Positions 1-11,600 of a DNA stretch of 32,000 nucleotides are shown here, piece by piece. The stretch is from Escherichia coli. GTDB taxonomy: Bacteria; Pseudomonadota; Gammaproteobacteria; Enterobacterales; Enterobacteriaceae. Numbering within the stretch: the stretch's first letter is position 1; every line of letters starts with the position of its first letter. Position numbers and translations under genes: made by a program. Under the pieces are notes generated by a model, which had not been told where the DNA came from, ran no database searches, and saw only the letters and a list, made by a program, of their open reading frames with translations. Location of the stretch: assembly GCF_047300965.1 (NCBI RefSeq), contig NZ_CP178597.1, one strand, 5' to 3'.

Positions 1-1108
1 TAATCCCGGCAGTGAAATCTTTCTCATTATTAGCATCTAAATAGGCGGTATTAAGATTAACCACAATGCCATTGTCCGGATCCGTTTTCAGGCCGTTCCA
101 GGTCATGCTCATACCATAGCCGGTACGATCGGACTGATCGACAAAATTACCCTTGCTATCGGTATAACCATAAGCATTATTTACCACGTTCGCTTCCATC
201 GCTGCGGAAACGGTGAATTCTTCCGTCGGCGACCAGGCAATTACTGGGCGCAGATAAGCAACATTTTTCTGCTGCTCCATATCGCGTCCATGATAATTAC
301 CGTCATTATATAAAGATGTTCCGTCTTCAAGTAACGTGTTTAATTCAAAATACCAGTTATCGAGTTGTTTGCTGACGAGGAAATTACCGCCAGCGTTAGA
401 GCGCCCGCGGCCCTCTTTCAACATATAGATATAACCGCTGCCATCGTCATAAAGATCATTCGCAGTATTACCGGAATGTTCAACAAAGGTATCCTGATTC
501 AGCGGGAACATATCGTAGGCTTCAAAACGGCCTACTTTGACCTTCCAGTCGTTTTCTTTGCCAAAGAAGAATACCGCATCATCGATATTTACTGAACCGT
601 GCATATCACCCAGCGGTTGTGCGGAGAACCCGGCGAAATAACCGTTGTCCATCTTTCGCATACCGTCAAAACCTAACAGAATACGACCATTGAGATTCCA
701 CTGTTCATTAGTGGGATCGCTATTCACATCAGCGTTGGTCATTGCCAGCAGACCATGATTACTTTCCGCATCCATATTAAATTCTACGTCGCCGTAGATT
801 TTTAAATCGCCATAACCTGAAAGCAAAAGATTAGGTGAGGTGGCATTTTTCTTTGCAGATTCCGCCGTTGCCTGTCCATTTACCGGCGTATTGCCCTGAG
901 CGGCCTTAATTTCGCGGATCTCAGCGGCTTGTTGTGTCTGCAGCTGTTTAACCTGGCTCTCTGCTTTTGCCGCCCGCATTTCTGCCGCTTCCAGGCGTTC
1001 TTCCAGCAATGCCATGCGTTGTTCCAGCGTTAAATGCTGTGTTTTTGCCATACCGGTACTACATGCCAATAATAAACCGATGGCTAAAGATAATGTCGAT
1101 TTTTTCAT
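1..1108 (-). CDS. Carbohydrate-selective outer-membrane porin, RafY-like; 3' end cut by window start
   Basis: Reading the minus strand from ATG at 1108 gives MKKSTLSLA-GLLLACSTGMAKTQHLTLEQRMALLEERLEAAEMRAAKAES... (signal peptide, coiled coil, then aromatic-rich alternating beta-barrel-like sequence GYGDLKIYGDVEFNMDAES...GRILLGFDGMRKVDNGYFAG). Not in the ORF track because it runs off the edge. Confidence 0.7.
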   Translation of the reverse strand, partial: MKKSTLSLAIGLLLACSTGMAKTQHLTLEQRMALLEERLEAAEMRAAKAESQVKQLQTQQAAEIREIKAAQGNTPVNGQATAESAKKNATSPNLLLSGYGDLKIYGDVEFNMDAESNHGLLAMTNADVNSDPTNEQWNLNGRILLGFDGMRKMDNGYFAGFSAQPLGDMHGSVNIDDAVFFFGKENDWKVKVGRFEAYDMFPLNQDTFVEHSGNTANDLYDDGSGYIYMLKEGRGRSNAGGNFLVSKQLDNWYFELNTLLEDGTSLYNDGNYHGRDMEQQKNVAYLRPVIAWSPTEEFTVSAAMEANVVNNAYGYTDSKGNFVDQSDRTGYGMSMTWNGLKTDPDNGIVVNLNTAYLDANNEKDFTAGI

Positions 1109-1585
1109 TATTTACGTTCCCTGAAATAAAGGAGGCCCTACGCTTTCCAAAAGGAATACGTATATAGAGAAATATAAAGCGTGCACTTTCGAATTTTTAA
1201 TCCAACTTCAGCAGGCCGATGGATAGTATCCCGCCGCATAATATGAGTAAATCCGCTGATTTCCTGGAACGTGAGGAATATAACAATAGTGCCGTTTTTA
1301 ACTAAATATCGTAAAAAACATTAGATATGATTCAAACTGACTCATAAGCCACAAATATAAATAACGCTGCAGCAAAATATCCGCGGCAGTTAAACATTCA
1401 TAAAATCATTAAAGAATGATTTTTTATTCACGGCATTTATTTTACCTACTAATATGTGCCTTACGCCGCAAAATTTATCCTTCACTCTGCTTTATATTGT
1501 CACGACTTCACGACATATCCGCGCTCATCACAAACCCGCCCCGCTATTACAATTAACGTAAATATTTTTTCATGGAGTCCGATTA

Positions 1586-2032
1586 ATGGCAGCTCTTACT
1601 GAAAGCTGTATTGACCTGAATATTCAGGGCAATGGCACTTATTCCATTCTGAAACAGTTAGCGACAATGGCGTTACAAAACGGTTTTATCACCGACTTAC
1701 ACCAGTTCCTGCAAACCCTGCTGCTGCGCGAAAAAATGCACTCCACCGGTTTTGGTTCTGGTGTCGCCGTGCCGCACGGTAAAAGCGCCTGCGTTAAACA
1801 ACCGTTCGTGTTATTCGCCCGCAAAGCGCAGGCTATTGACTGGAAAGCCAGCGACGGCGAAGACGTCAATTGCTGGATCTGCCTCGGCGTGCCGCAAAGT
1901 GGCGAAGAGGATCAGGTCAAAATCATCGGCACACTGTGTCGCAAAATTATTCACCAGGATTTTATTCACCAACTGCAACAGGGCGACGCCGACCAGGTGC
2001 TTGCCTTGTTAAATCAAACCCTCAGCTCATAA
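1586..2032 (+). CDS. frvA: PTS fructose-like EIIA component
   Basis: 148 aa with EIIA(Fru/Mtl) active-site context VAVPHGKSACVKQ; first gene of a frvABXR order. Confidence 0.93.
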   Translation: MAALTESCIDLNIQGNGTYSILKQLATMALQNGFITDLHQFLQTLLLREKMHSTGFGSGVAVPHGKSACVKQPFVLFARKAQAIDWKASDGEDVNCWICLGVPQSGEEDQVKIIGTLCRKIIHQDFIHQLQQGDADQVLALLNQTLSS

Positions 2033-2042
2033 GGAAGTGGCG

Positions 2043-3494
2043 ATGGAGTCATCCTTACGTATTGTCGCGATCACCAACTGCCCCGCCGGGATCGCTCACA
2101 CCTACATGGTGGCGGAAGCCCTGGAACAGAAAGCCCGTTCTCTCGGCCATACCATAAAAGTGGAAACTCAAGGGTCCAGCGGCGTTGAAAACCGCTTATC
2201 CAGCGAAGAGATTGCCGCTGCCGATTACGTGATTCTCGCCACCGGGCGTGGCCTGAGCGGTGACGATCGCGCACGGTTTGCCGGGAAAAAAGTTTATGAG
2301 ATTGCCATCTCCCAGGCGCTGAAAAATATCGATCAGATTTTCAGTGAATTACCGAAAAATTCGCAGCTTTTTGCCGCAGATAGCGGCGTGAAGCTAGGCA
2401 AACAGGAAGTACAAAGCGGCAGCGTGATGAGCCACCTGATGGCGGGCGTCTCTGCGGCGCTGCCGTTTGTCATCGGCGGTGGTATCCTGGTGGCGCTTGC
2501 CAACATGCTGGTGCAGTTCGGTTTGCCGTATACCGATATGTCGAAAGGCGCGCCGTCGTTTACCTGGGTAGTTGAATCCATCGGTTACCTTGGCTTCACC
2601 TTTATGATTCCCATCATGGGCGCTTATATTGCCTCGTCGATTGCCGATAAACCGGCTTTCGCTCCGGCGTTTCTGGTTTGCTATCTGGCGAACGACAAAG
2701 CGCTGCTCGGCACCCAGTCGGGTGCGGGATTCCTCGGCGCGGTGGTGCTGGGGCTGGCGATTGGCTATTTCGTCTTCTGGTTCCGTAAAGTCCGTCTTGG
2801 CAAAGCATTACAACCGCTGCTCGGTTCAATGCTGATCCCGTTCGTTACTCTGCTGGTTTTCGGCGTGCTCACTTACTACGTTATCGGACCGGTGATGTCC
2901 GACCTCATGGGCGGGCTACTGCACTTCCTCAATACCATTCCTCCATCAATGAAGTTTGCGGCAGCGTTTCTGGTCGGTGCGATGCTGGCGTTCGATATGG
3001 GCGGCCCCATCAATAAAACCGCCTGGTTCTTCTGCTTCTCACTGCTGGAAAAACACATTTATGACTGGTACGCCATCGTCGGCGTTGTCGCGCTGATGCC
3101 GCCCGTCGCGGCGGGTCTTGCGACGTTCATTGCGCCCAAACTGTTTACCCGACAGGAAAAAGAGGCTGCCAGTAGTGCCATTGTGGTCGGTGCCACCGTC
3201 GCAACCGAACCGGCTATTCCTTACGCTCTGGCAGCTCCGTTGCCGATGATTACCGCCAATACGCTGGCGGGCGGTATTACCGGCGTGCTGGTGATCGCTT
3301 TCGGAATCAAACGTCTGGCACCTGGTTTGGGTATCTTTGACCCGCTGATCGGCCTGATGTCGCCGGTGGGTTCGTTTTATCTGGTGCTGGCGATTGGCCT
3401 CGCGCTGAACATTTCATTCATTATCGTCCTGAAAGGATTGTGGTTACGCCGCAAAGCGAAAGCCGCGCAACAGGAGCTTGTCCATGAACATTGA
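2043..3494 (+). CDS. frvB: PTS fructose-like EIIBC component
   Basis: Starts MESSLRIVAITNCPAGIAHTYMVAEALE (EIIB), followed by a membrane EIIC domain; overlaps frvX. The ORF track places the first possible start at 2037; MESSLR is the preferred start. Confidence 0.92.
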   Translation: MESSLRIVAITNCPAGIAHTYMVAEALEQKARSLGHTIKVETQGSSGVENRLSSEEIAAADYVILATGRGLSGDDRARFAGKKVYEIAISQALKNIDQIFSELPKNSQLFAADSGVKLGKQEVQSGSVMSHLMAGVSAALPFVIGGGILVALANMLVQFGLPYTDMSKGAPSFTWVVESIGYLGFTFMIPIMGAYIASSIADKPAFAPAFLVCYLANDKALLGTQSGAGFLGAVVLGLAIGYFVFWFRKVRLGKALQPLLGSMLIPFVTLLVFGVLTYYVIGPVMSDLMGGLLHFLNTIPPSMKFAAAFLVGAMLAFDMGGPINKTAWFFCFSLLEKHIYDWYAIVGVVALMPPVAAGLATFIAPKLFTRQEKEAASSAIVVGATVATEPAIPYALAAPLPMITANTLAGGITGVLVIAFGIKRLAPGLGIFDPLIGLMSPVGSFYLVLAIGLALNISFIIVLKGLWLRRKAKAAQQELVHEH

Positions 3495-4554
3495 GTTACT
3501 GCAACAGTTGTGCGAAGCCAGCGCCGTCAGCGGCGATGAACAGGAAGTTCGCGACATTCTGATAAACACGCTGGAACCTTGCGTTAATGAGATCACCTTT
3601 GATGGTCTGGGCAGCTTTGTTGCCCGTAAGGGAAATAAAGGTCCAAAAGTTGCCGTTGTCGGGCATATGGATGAAGTCGGCTTTATGGTCACCCACATCG
3701 ACGAGAGCGGTTTTCTGCGCTTTACCACCATTGGCGGCTGGTGGAATCAGTCGATGCTCAACCACCGGGTAACAATACGCACACACAAGGGAGTGAAAAT
3801 CCCTGGTGTGATTGGTTCCGTAGCGCCTCATGCGTTAACGGAAAAGCAAAAGCAACAACCGCTGTCATTTGATGAGATGTTCATTGATATTGGCGCGAAC
3901 AGTCGCGAAGAAGCGAAAAAACGCGGTGCGGAAATTGGCGATTTTATTAGCCCGGAAGCCAATTTTGCCTGCTGGGGCGAAGATAAAATAGTCGGCAAGG
4001 CGCTGGATAATCGCATCGGCTGCGCGATGATGGCTGAGCTACTACAGACAGTAAATAACCCAGGAATTACGCTGTACGGCGTCGGCAGCGTGGAAGAAGA
4101 AGTTGGGCTACGCGGGGCACAAACCTCGGCTGAACACACTAAACCGGATGTGGTGATCGTGCTGGATACCGCCGTCGCGGGCGATGTTCCGGGCATTGAT
4201 AACATTAAATACCCGCTGAAACTGGGCAACGGGCCGGGGCTGATGCTGTTTGACAAGCGCTACTTACCCAACCAGAAACTGGTGGCGGCGTTAAAAAACT
4301 GTGCCGCACATAACGGTTTACCGCTGCAATTTTCCACCATGAAAACCGGAGCGACGGATGGCGGACGCTACAACGTAATGGGCGGAGGGCGTCCGGTTGT
4401 CGCGCTGTGTCTGCCAACTCGTTATCTGCACGCCAACAGCGGCATGATTTCAAAAGCCGATTATGATGCTCTGCTCACGCTGATACGGGATTTTCTGACG
4501 ACCTTAACTGCGGAGAAAGTCAACGCGTTTAGCCAGTTCCGTCAGGTGGATTAA
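3484..4554 (+). CDS. frvX: M42-family metallopeptidase (glutamyl aminopeptidase/endoglucanase-like)
   Basis: 356 aa MNIELLQQLCEASAVSGDEQEVRDIL... with VVGHMDEVGF, DNRIGCAM, GSVEEEVGLRGA and ATDGGRYN motifs. Confidence 0.93.
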   Translation: MNIELLQQLCEASAVSGDEQEVRDILINTLEPCVNEITFDGLGSFVARKGNKGPKVAVVGHMDEVGFMVTHIDESGFLRFTTIGGWWNQSMLNHRVTIRTHKGVKIPGVIGSVAPHALTEKQKQQPLSFDEMFIDIGANSREEAKKRGAEIGDFISPEANFACWGEDKIVGKALDNRIGCAMMAELLQTVNNPGITLYGVGSVEEEVGLRGAQTSAEHTKPDVVIVLDTAVAGDVPGIDNIKYPLKLGNGPGLMLFDKRYLPNQKLVAALKNCAAHNGLPLQFSTMKTGATDGGRYNVMGGGRPVVALCLPTRYLHANSGMISKADYDALLTLIRDFLTTLTAEKVNAFSQFRQVD

Positions 4555-6302
4555 TGCTAAACGAACGCCAGTTAAAGATTGTCGATCTGCTGGAGCAACA
4601 GCCGCGCACGCCTGGCGAGCTGGCGCAACAGACTGGCGTTTCAGGCAGGACCATCCTGCGTGATATTGACTATCTCAACTTTACCCTTAACGGCAAAGCC
4701 CGTATCTCTGCCAGTGGCAGTGCGGGCTATCAGTTGGAAATCTTCGAGCGCCGCAGCTTTTTTCAGTTGCTGCAAAAGCACGATAACGACGATCGGCTGC
4801 TGGCGCTGTTATTACTGAATACCTTTACTCCCCGTGCGCAACTCGCCTCGGCGCTTAATTTGCCAGAAACGTGGGTAGCAGAGCGTCTGCCCCGCCTGAA
4901 ACAGCGTTATGAACGTACTTGCAGCCTGGCCAGTCGCCCCGGTTTGGGCCATTTCATTGATGAAACAGAAGAGAAGCGCGTTATCTTGCTGGCGAACTTG
5001 CTACGCAAAGATCCGTTTTTAATTCCGCTGGCGGGCGTAACACGAGACAACCTTCAGCATTTATCCACGGTTTGCGACAACCAACACCGCTGGCCGCTGA
5101 TGCAGGGTGATTATCTCTCCAGCCTGATTCTGGCTATTTACGCCCTGCGTAATCAACTGACCGATGAGTGGCCACAATATCCCAGTAACGAGATAAAACA
5201 AATCGTTGAACAGAGCGGCCTGTTTCTTGGTGATAATGCTGTAAGAACCCTGACGGGTTTGATAGAGAAACAACATCAGCAAGCGCAAATAATTTCTGCC
5301 GATAGTGTGCAGGGGTTGCTGCAAAGGGTGCCGGGTCTCGCGTCATTGAATATTATTGATACGCAGCTGGTTGAGAACATTACCGGTCATTTATTACGTT
5401 GCCTTGCCGCACCAGTGTGGATTGCTGAGCATCGCCAAAGCAGCATGAATAACCTGAAAGCCGCCTGGCCTGCGGCCTTTGATATGAGTCTGCACTTTAT
5501 TACGCTACTGCGTGAACAGCTCGATATTCCCCTTTTCGACAGCGATCTGATCGGTTTGTATTTTGCCTGTGCGCTGGAACGACATCAAAACGAACGCCAG
5601 CCGATCATTTTGCTCTCGGACCAGAACGCGATTGCCACTATTAATCAGCTCGCCATTGAGCGCGATGTTTTACATTGTCGGGTGATTATTGCCCGTAGCT
5701 TAAGCGAGCTTGTTGCCATTCGCGAAGAGATTGAGCCGTTATTGATCATTAACAACAGCCATTATTTACTGGATGACGCGGTAAATAATTGCATCACCGT
5801 AAAAAATATCATTACGGCTGCCGGTATCGAACAAATAAAACATTTTCTGGCGACGGCATTTATTCGCCAGCAACCGGAGCGTTTTTTCTCTGCCCCCGGA
5901 AGTTTTCATTATTCGAATGTACGCGGTGAAAGCTGGCAACATATTACCCGGCAAATTTGTGCGCAATTAGTCGCACAACACCATATTACCGCCGATGAAG
6001 CGCAACGGATCATCGCCCGCGAAGGCGAAGGTGAAAACCTGATTGTTAATCGCCTCGCCATCCCACATTGCTGGAGCGAACAGGAGCGACGTTTTCGTGG
6101 ATTTTTTATTACCCTCGCCCAACCAGTTGAGGTGAATAACGAAGTCATTAACCATGTCTTGATCGCCTGCGCCGCCGCCGATGCGCGTCATGAGCTAAAA
6201 ATATTTAGCTATCTGGCAAGCGTATTGTGTCAGCATCCGGCGGAGACTATTGTCGGACTAACGGGGTATGAAGGGTTTATGGCGTTACTTCGCCAGGGGT
6301 GA
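4554..6302 (+). CDS. frvR: BglG/MtlR-type PTS-regulated transcriptional regulator
   Basis: 582 aa with N-terminal HTH (MLNERQLKIVDLLEQQPRTPGELAQQTGVSGRTILRDIDYL) and C-terminal EIIA-like domain; overlaps the frvX stop codon. Confidence 0.93.
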   Translation: MLNERQLKIVDLLEQQPRTPGELAQQTGVSGRTILRDIDYLNFTLNGKARISASGSAGYQLEIFERRSFFQLLQKHDNDDRLLALLLLNTFTPRAQLASALNLPETWVAERLPRLKQRYERTCSLASRPGLGHFIDETEEKRVILLANLLRKDPFLIPLAGVTRDNLQHLSTVCDNQHRWPLMQGDYLSSLILAIYALRNQLTDEWPQYPSNEIKQIVEQSGLFLGDNAVRTLTGLIEKQHQQAQIISADSVQGLLQRVPGLASLNIIDTQLVENITGHLLRCLAAPVWIAEHRQSSMNNLKAAWPAAFDMSLHFITLLREQLDIPLFDSDLIGLYFACALERHQNERQPIILLSDQNAIATINQLAIERDVLHCRVIIARSLSELVAIREEIEPLLIINNSHYLLDDAVNNCITVKNIITAAGIEQIKHFLATAFIRQQPERFFSAPGSFHYSNVRGESWQHITRQICAQLVAQHHITADEAQRIIAREGEGENLIVNRLAIPHCWSEQERRFRGFFITLAQPVEVNNEVINHVLIACAAADARHELKIFSYLASVLCQHPAETIVGLTGYEGFMALLRQG

Positions 6303-6306
6303 ATGA

Positions 6307-6374
6307 TATCGGATGCACCGCTAACACGGCTTAACGACGTTTAGGTCGGATAAGGCGTTTACGCCGCATCCGAC
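6307..6374. repeat. REP/BIME-type palindromic element in the convergent frvR/yiiG intergenic region
   Basis: gtcggataaggcgtttacgccgcatccgac (6345-6374) matches the REP/PU consensus; a second degenerate half (atcggatgcaccgc) precedes it. Confidence 0.85.
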
Positions 6375-6403
6375 CTTGTATTTCTCAGCAAAAACAAAAA
6401 CGT

Positions 6404-7459
6404 TTAACGCAGGCGATTATAATCATCGACCATTTCGTTGTACTCGCGTAATGCTCTCGGGAAAGAGTCTTCGACCATCCAGCTTGAGTTTGCGTCCTGA
6501 AGTTGCTCTTTATCCCAGTCAGAGTACGGGACTTTATCTCTGATGCGGCGAACGTATTTTTTAGCCTCGAGTTGATACTGGCCTGCCGAATTAATAAACG
6601 AGAAATTCATGCCGCCTTTATCCGCTTCTTTGGCCTGCGCCACCAGCGTTTCCAGTTCAGACACTTTCTTCATTGCCGCTTCTGCATCAAACTCATCTTG
6701 CGATATCAGGTTATTAATTTGTTTCGCTGAAATCATGACTGCCAGAGAGTAGTAGTGGAATGTTTTCCCTTCTCTTTCTTCAATATTTTTCAGCTCCGCA
6801 AGCTGGCGCTTATCATTAATTTCCTGAATCGCCGCATGATAAGATTCGGCTACAGGTTCAAAGGCTTCCAGATTTTTTAAGAATGTCTGGTGCAGCGTTT
6901 TCCCTTTCGCAAACGCATCGTCTTTATAATTTTCCTGGGTGTAATATTTATCCATTTCGTTAATGGTATTACCCAACGCCACGGCAGCATCGATATAACT
7001 CACCGCTACGCCATCAATAGGTTGCAGCGCAGGCGTTAACGCCACAGCACTTTTTACGCCTTTTTCACACTCAGCGAGGTTGGATTCACTAATGCCGTAG
7101 ATGCCATAAACAGTACGCTCTTCACCGGTAGGCCCCTGTTTAAAATCTTTCAGCCAGTCAGCATAACGCGCCAGACTGCGCTGTACCGGGATCTGTAACT
7201 TGTTGTAGCACTTGATATAGACATCCATTTTTTCGTCGAAAACCGCTTGTTCATCGACCACCGGTTGGGCAGGCGTTTCAGGTTTAGCTTCTGCTTTTGC
7301 AACGGGAGCTTCAGTAGGTTTCGCTTCAGGAGCTGGTGCGGCAGGTTGACTATTGGCAGGCGGGAGCGTTTCTGTTTCGGCTTTTTTATCATCACAACCC
7401 GTCAGACCGAGGGCCATGATGGCGACTATAATAGCGGAAGATAATAAATTCCTTTTCAT
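6404..7459 (-). CDS. yiiG: DUF3829-type lipoprotein YiiG
   Basis: 351 aa; lipobox LTGC in MKRNLLSSAIIVAIMALGLTGCDDKK; Pro/Ala/Glu-rich linker, then helical domain. Confidence 0.9.
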   Translation of the reverse strand: MKRNLLSSAIIVAIMALGLTGCDDKKAETETLPPANSQPAAPAPEAKPTEAPVAKAEAKPETPAQPVVDEQAVFDEKMDVYIKCYNKLQIPVQRSLARYADWLKDFKQGPTGEERTVYGIYGISESNLAECEKGVKSAVALTPALQPIDGVAVSYIDAAVALGNTINEMDKYYTQENYKDDAFAKGKTLHQTFLKNLEAFEPVAESYHAAIQEINDKRQLAELKNIEEREGKTFHYYSLAVMISAKQINNLISQDEFDAEAAMKKVSELETLVAQAKEADKGGMNFSFINSAGQYQLEAKKYVRRIRDKVPYSDWDKEQLQDANSSWMVEDSFPRALREYNEMVDDYNRLR

Positions 7460-7611
7460 TTAATTGCCTTATAAATATATAGATAAGAGAGTGAACATAA
7501 TAAATGAAAAAAGAAAACGCCACTACACGCATTTTGTTTATAAATAAAATAATAAAATTCACGAAATGAATAAGTCCTGCAATTTAATATATATCGCAGG
7601 ACTTATTTTAA

Positions 7612-8445
7612 TTAATTGCTCAAACGCTGCGGATGGGTATAAACCGTTGCCCGACCCGGTTTACAAAAACCTACCAGTGTCAAATTACAGCGCTCAGCCA
7701 CTTCTACAGCAAGCGTGGTCGCGGCAGACACCGCAAACAAAATCTCTACGCCGCACATCGCCGACTTTTGCACCATTTCATAACTGGCACGACTGGAAAC
7801 CAGTACCGCACCTTGCTGCCAGCTTTCCCCTTCTTGTGACCGGCGGCCTAACAGTTTGTCCAGCGCCACATGGCGACCCACGTCTTCATGCCCGCCGACC
7901 AGTTCGCCAGATGGCAACATCCAGGCAGCGGCGTGAGTACAACCAGTCAGTTGTCCCACTGGCTGAAAATCGTTGAGATGACGTAATGCATCATCCAGTT
8001 TGTTGAGATCAAACGTCTGGGTGAACGGTAGCGGCTGCACCGGTTTTCCGATGTCATTAAGTTGCTCCACGCCGCATACGCCACAGCCCGTACGTCCCGC
8101 CAGCGCCCGGCGGCGCTCCTTCAACCCCATAAAGCGGCGGCTGGAAAGCTCAATTTGTACTTCAAGACCATTACAGGAAGGAACGACATCCATGCCGAAG
8201 ATATCGCGCGGACTTTCTATTATCCCCTCGGAAAGCGAAAAACCGAGCGCAAAGTACTCAAGGTCTTTGGGCGACGCCATCATCACCACATGCGAAATGC
8301 CGTTGTAGACCAGCGCAACGGGAACTTCTTCCGCGACCTCATCTAACCGTGGGTGTTGTAAATCATCACGCCGCCATAACTCAATTTGACGAACACCTGT
8401 GATATTTGTCACATTTTCGATTTCTTTTTGCTGTGTTTTTTTCAC
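7612..8445 (-). CDS. fdhD: Formate dehydrogenase accessory sulfurtransferase FdhD
   Basis: 277 aa with CGVCG motif ([12 protein letters not shown]), HTHAAA-type region and [13 protein letters not shown]; divergent from fdoG. Confidence 0.96.
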
Positions 8446-8638
8446 TTTCTCTTAACCAGATAAGAACACACACACCAACATTATGGTATTCTGTTACAAA
8501 CCCTTCCTGGATGGAGGGAAATTGAGCCAATTCTGGACCTTTGCGGCCCCTTCCGCAAAGAAAAATAACTCCCACTCCCTGCACACGCAGCAAGCGAATG
8601 TAAATGGGACGTGACAATGTCGAAACAAGGAGCAATCC

Positions 8639-11600
8639 ATGCAGGTCAGCAGAAGGCAGTTCTTTAAGATCTGCGCTGGCGGTATGGCAGGCACCACGGC
8701 AGCGGCACTGGGTTTTGCACCCAGCGTAGCACTCGCGGAAACCCGGCAGTATAAACTGCTGCGCACCCGCGAAACCCGTAATACCTGCACCTATTGTTCC
8801 GTAGGCTGTGGGCTGTTGATGTACAGCCTCGGTGACGGAGCAAAAAACGCCAAAGCATCTATCTTCCATATCGAAGGCGATCCGGATCACCCGGTCAACC
8901 GCGGTGCACTTTGTCCGAAAGGCGCTGGCCTGGTGGATTTCATCCACTCCGAAAGCCGTCTGAAGTTTCCGGAATACCGTGCGCCAGGTTCTGATAAATG
9001 GCAGCAAATCAGTTGGGAAGAGGCGTTTGATCGCATCGCCAAACTGATGAAAGAAGACCGCGATGCTAACTACATTGCGCAAAACGCCGAAGGCGTGACT
9101 GTTAACCGCTGGCTCTCCACCGGGATGCTGTGTGCTTCCGCGTCGAGTAACGAAACCGGCTATTTAACGCAAAAATTCTCCCGCGCGCTGGGTATGCTCG
9201 CGGTCGACAACCAGGCGCGTGTCTGACACGGACCAACGGTAGCAAGTCTTGCTCCAACATTTGGTCGCGGTGCGATGACCAACCACTGGGTCGACATCAA
9301 GAACGCCAACCTCGTCGTGGTGATGGGCGGTAACGCCGCTGAAGCTCACCCGGTCGGGTTCCGCTGGGCGATGGAAGCCAAAATTCACAATGGCGCGAAG
9401 CTGATTGTGATCGATCCTCGCTTTACGCGTACGGCGGCGGTAGCTGACTACTATGCCCCTATTCGTTCCGGTACTGACATTGCTTTCCTGTCAGGCGTAT
9501 TGCTGTACCTGCTGAACAATGAAAAATTCAACCGCGAATACACCGAAGCCTATACCAACGCCAGCCTGATCGTGCGTGAGGATTACGGCTTTGAAGATGG
9601 CCTGTTCACCGGCTACGACGCGGAAAAACGCAAGTACGATAAATCCTCCTGGACTTACGAACTGGACGAAAACGGCTTCGCCAAACGCGATACCACGCTG
9701 CAACATCCGCGCTGCGTGTGGAACTTGCTGAAACAGCACGTTTCCCGCTACACGCCAGATGTGGTTGAAAACATCTGTGGTACGCCAAAAGACGCGTTCC
9801 TGAAAGTCTGCGAATACATCGCAGAAACCAGTGCTCACGATAAAACTGCCTCGTTCCTGTATGCCCTCGGCTGGACGCAACACTCCGTTGGTGCGCAAAA
9901 CATTCGTACGATGGCGATGATCCAGCTACTGCTCGGTAACATGGGGATGGCTGGCGGCGGTGTTAACGCCCTGCGCGGTCACTCCAATATTCAGGGGCTG
10001 ACGGACTTGGGGCTGCTGTCGCAGAGCCTGCCAGGTTACATGACGCTGCCAAGCGAGAAGCAGACCGATCTGCAAACCTACCTTACCGCCAACACGCCAA
10101 AACCGCTGCTGGAAGGCCAGGTAAACTACTGGGGCAACTACCCGAAATTCTTCGTCTCTATGATGAAGGCCTTCTTTGGTGATAAAGCGACGGCGGAAAA
10201 TAGCTGGGGCTTTGACTGGTTGCCGAAGTGGGATAAAGGCTACGACGTCCTGCAATACTTCGAGATGATGAAAGAGGGCAAGGTCAATGGCTATATCTGC
10301 CAGGGCTTTAACCCTGTTGCCTCATTCCCGAACAAAAACAAAGTGATCGGTTGTCTGTCGAAACTGAAGTTCCTCGTCACCCTCGACCCGCTGAACACTG
10401 AAACCTCTAACTTCTGGCAGAACCACGGTGAGCTGAACGAAGTTGACTCGTCGAAGATCCAGACCGAAGTGTTCCGTCTGCCATCGACCTGCTTCGCAGA
10501 AGAGAACGGTTCAATCGTTAACTCAGGTCGCTGGTTGCAGTGGCACTGGAAAGGTGCGGATGCCCCAGGGATTGCGCTGACTGATGGCGAGATCCTCTCC
10601 GGTATCTTCCTGCGCTTGCGCAAGATGTATGCCGAACAGGGTGGCGCGAACCCGGACCAGGTGCTGAACATGACCTGGAACTACGCCATTCCGCATGAGC
10701 CGAAGTCGGAAGAAGTAGCGATGGAGAGCAACGGTAAGGCGCTGGCCGATATTACCGATCCGGCAACAGGTGCGGTTATCGTCAAGAAAGGCCAACAACT
10801 TAGCTCGTTTGCCCAACTGCGCGATGACGGTACAACTTCCTGTGGTTGCTGGATTTTCGCCGGTAGCTGGACGCCGGAAGGCAACCAGATGGCACGCCGT
10901 GATAACGCCGATCCGTCTGGCCTCGGTAACACGCTGGGCTGGGCATGGGCATGGCCGCTTAACCGCCGCATTCTGTATAACCGCGCCTCCGCAGATCCGC
11001 AGGGTAACCCGTGGGATCCGAAGCGTCAGTTGCTGAAATGGGACGGCACTAAGTGGACCGGCTGGGATATTCCGGACTACAGCGCAGCGCCTCCGGGTAG
11101 CGGCGTCGGGCCGTTTATCATGCAGCAGGAAGGCATGGGGCGTCTGTTTGCCCTCGATAAGATGGCGGAAGGTCCGTTCCCGGAACACTACGAGCCGTTT
11201 GAAACGCCGCTGGGAACTAACCCGCTGCATCCAAACGTTATCTCGAACCCGGCTGCACGTATCTTTAAAGACGACGCCGAAGCATTGGGTAAAGCCGATA
11301 AGTTCCCGTATGTCGGAACCACCTATCGTCTGACCGAGCACTTCCACTACTGGACCAAACACGCGCTGTTGAACGCGATTTTGCAACCAGAACAGTTTGT
11401 GGAAATCGGGGAGTCGCTGGCGAATAAACTTGGCATTGCCCAGGGCGATACCGTGAAAGTCTCCTCCAACCGTGGCTATATCAAAGCCAAAGCGGTGGTG
11501 ACCAAACGTATTCGCACGCTGAAAGCGAACGGCAAAGATATCGATACCATCGGTATTCCGATTCACTGGGGCTATGAAGGCGTAGCTAAAAAAGGCTTTA

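Noticed and set aside
9224-9226. Apparent nonsense mutation truncating fdoG
   Set aside because: The frame continues, the UGA is at the known Sec position of the FdhG/FdoG family and is followed by a SECIS-like hairpin.
10523-11566. 347-aa ORF on the minus strand opposite fdoG
   Set aside because: Shadow ORF in a GC-rich, highly conserved coding region; no recognisable domain, no independent ribosome site, overlaps a certain gene.
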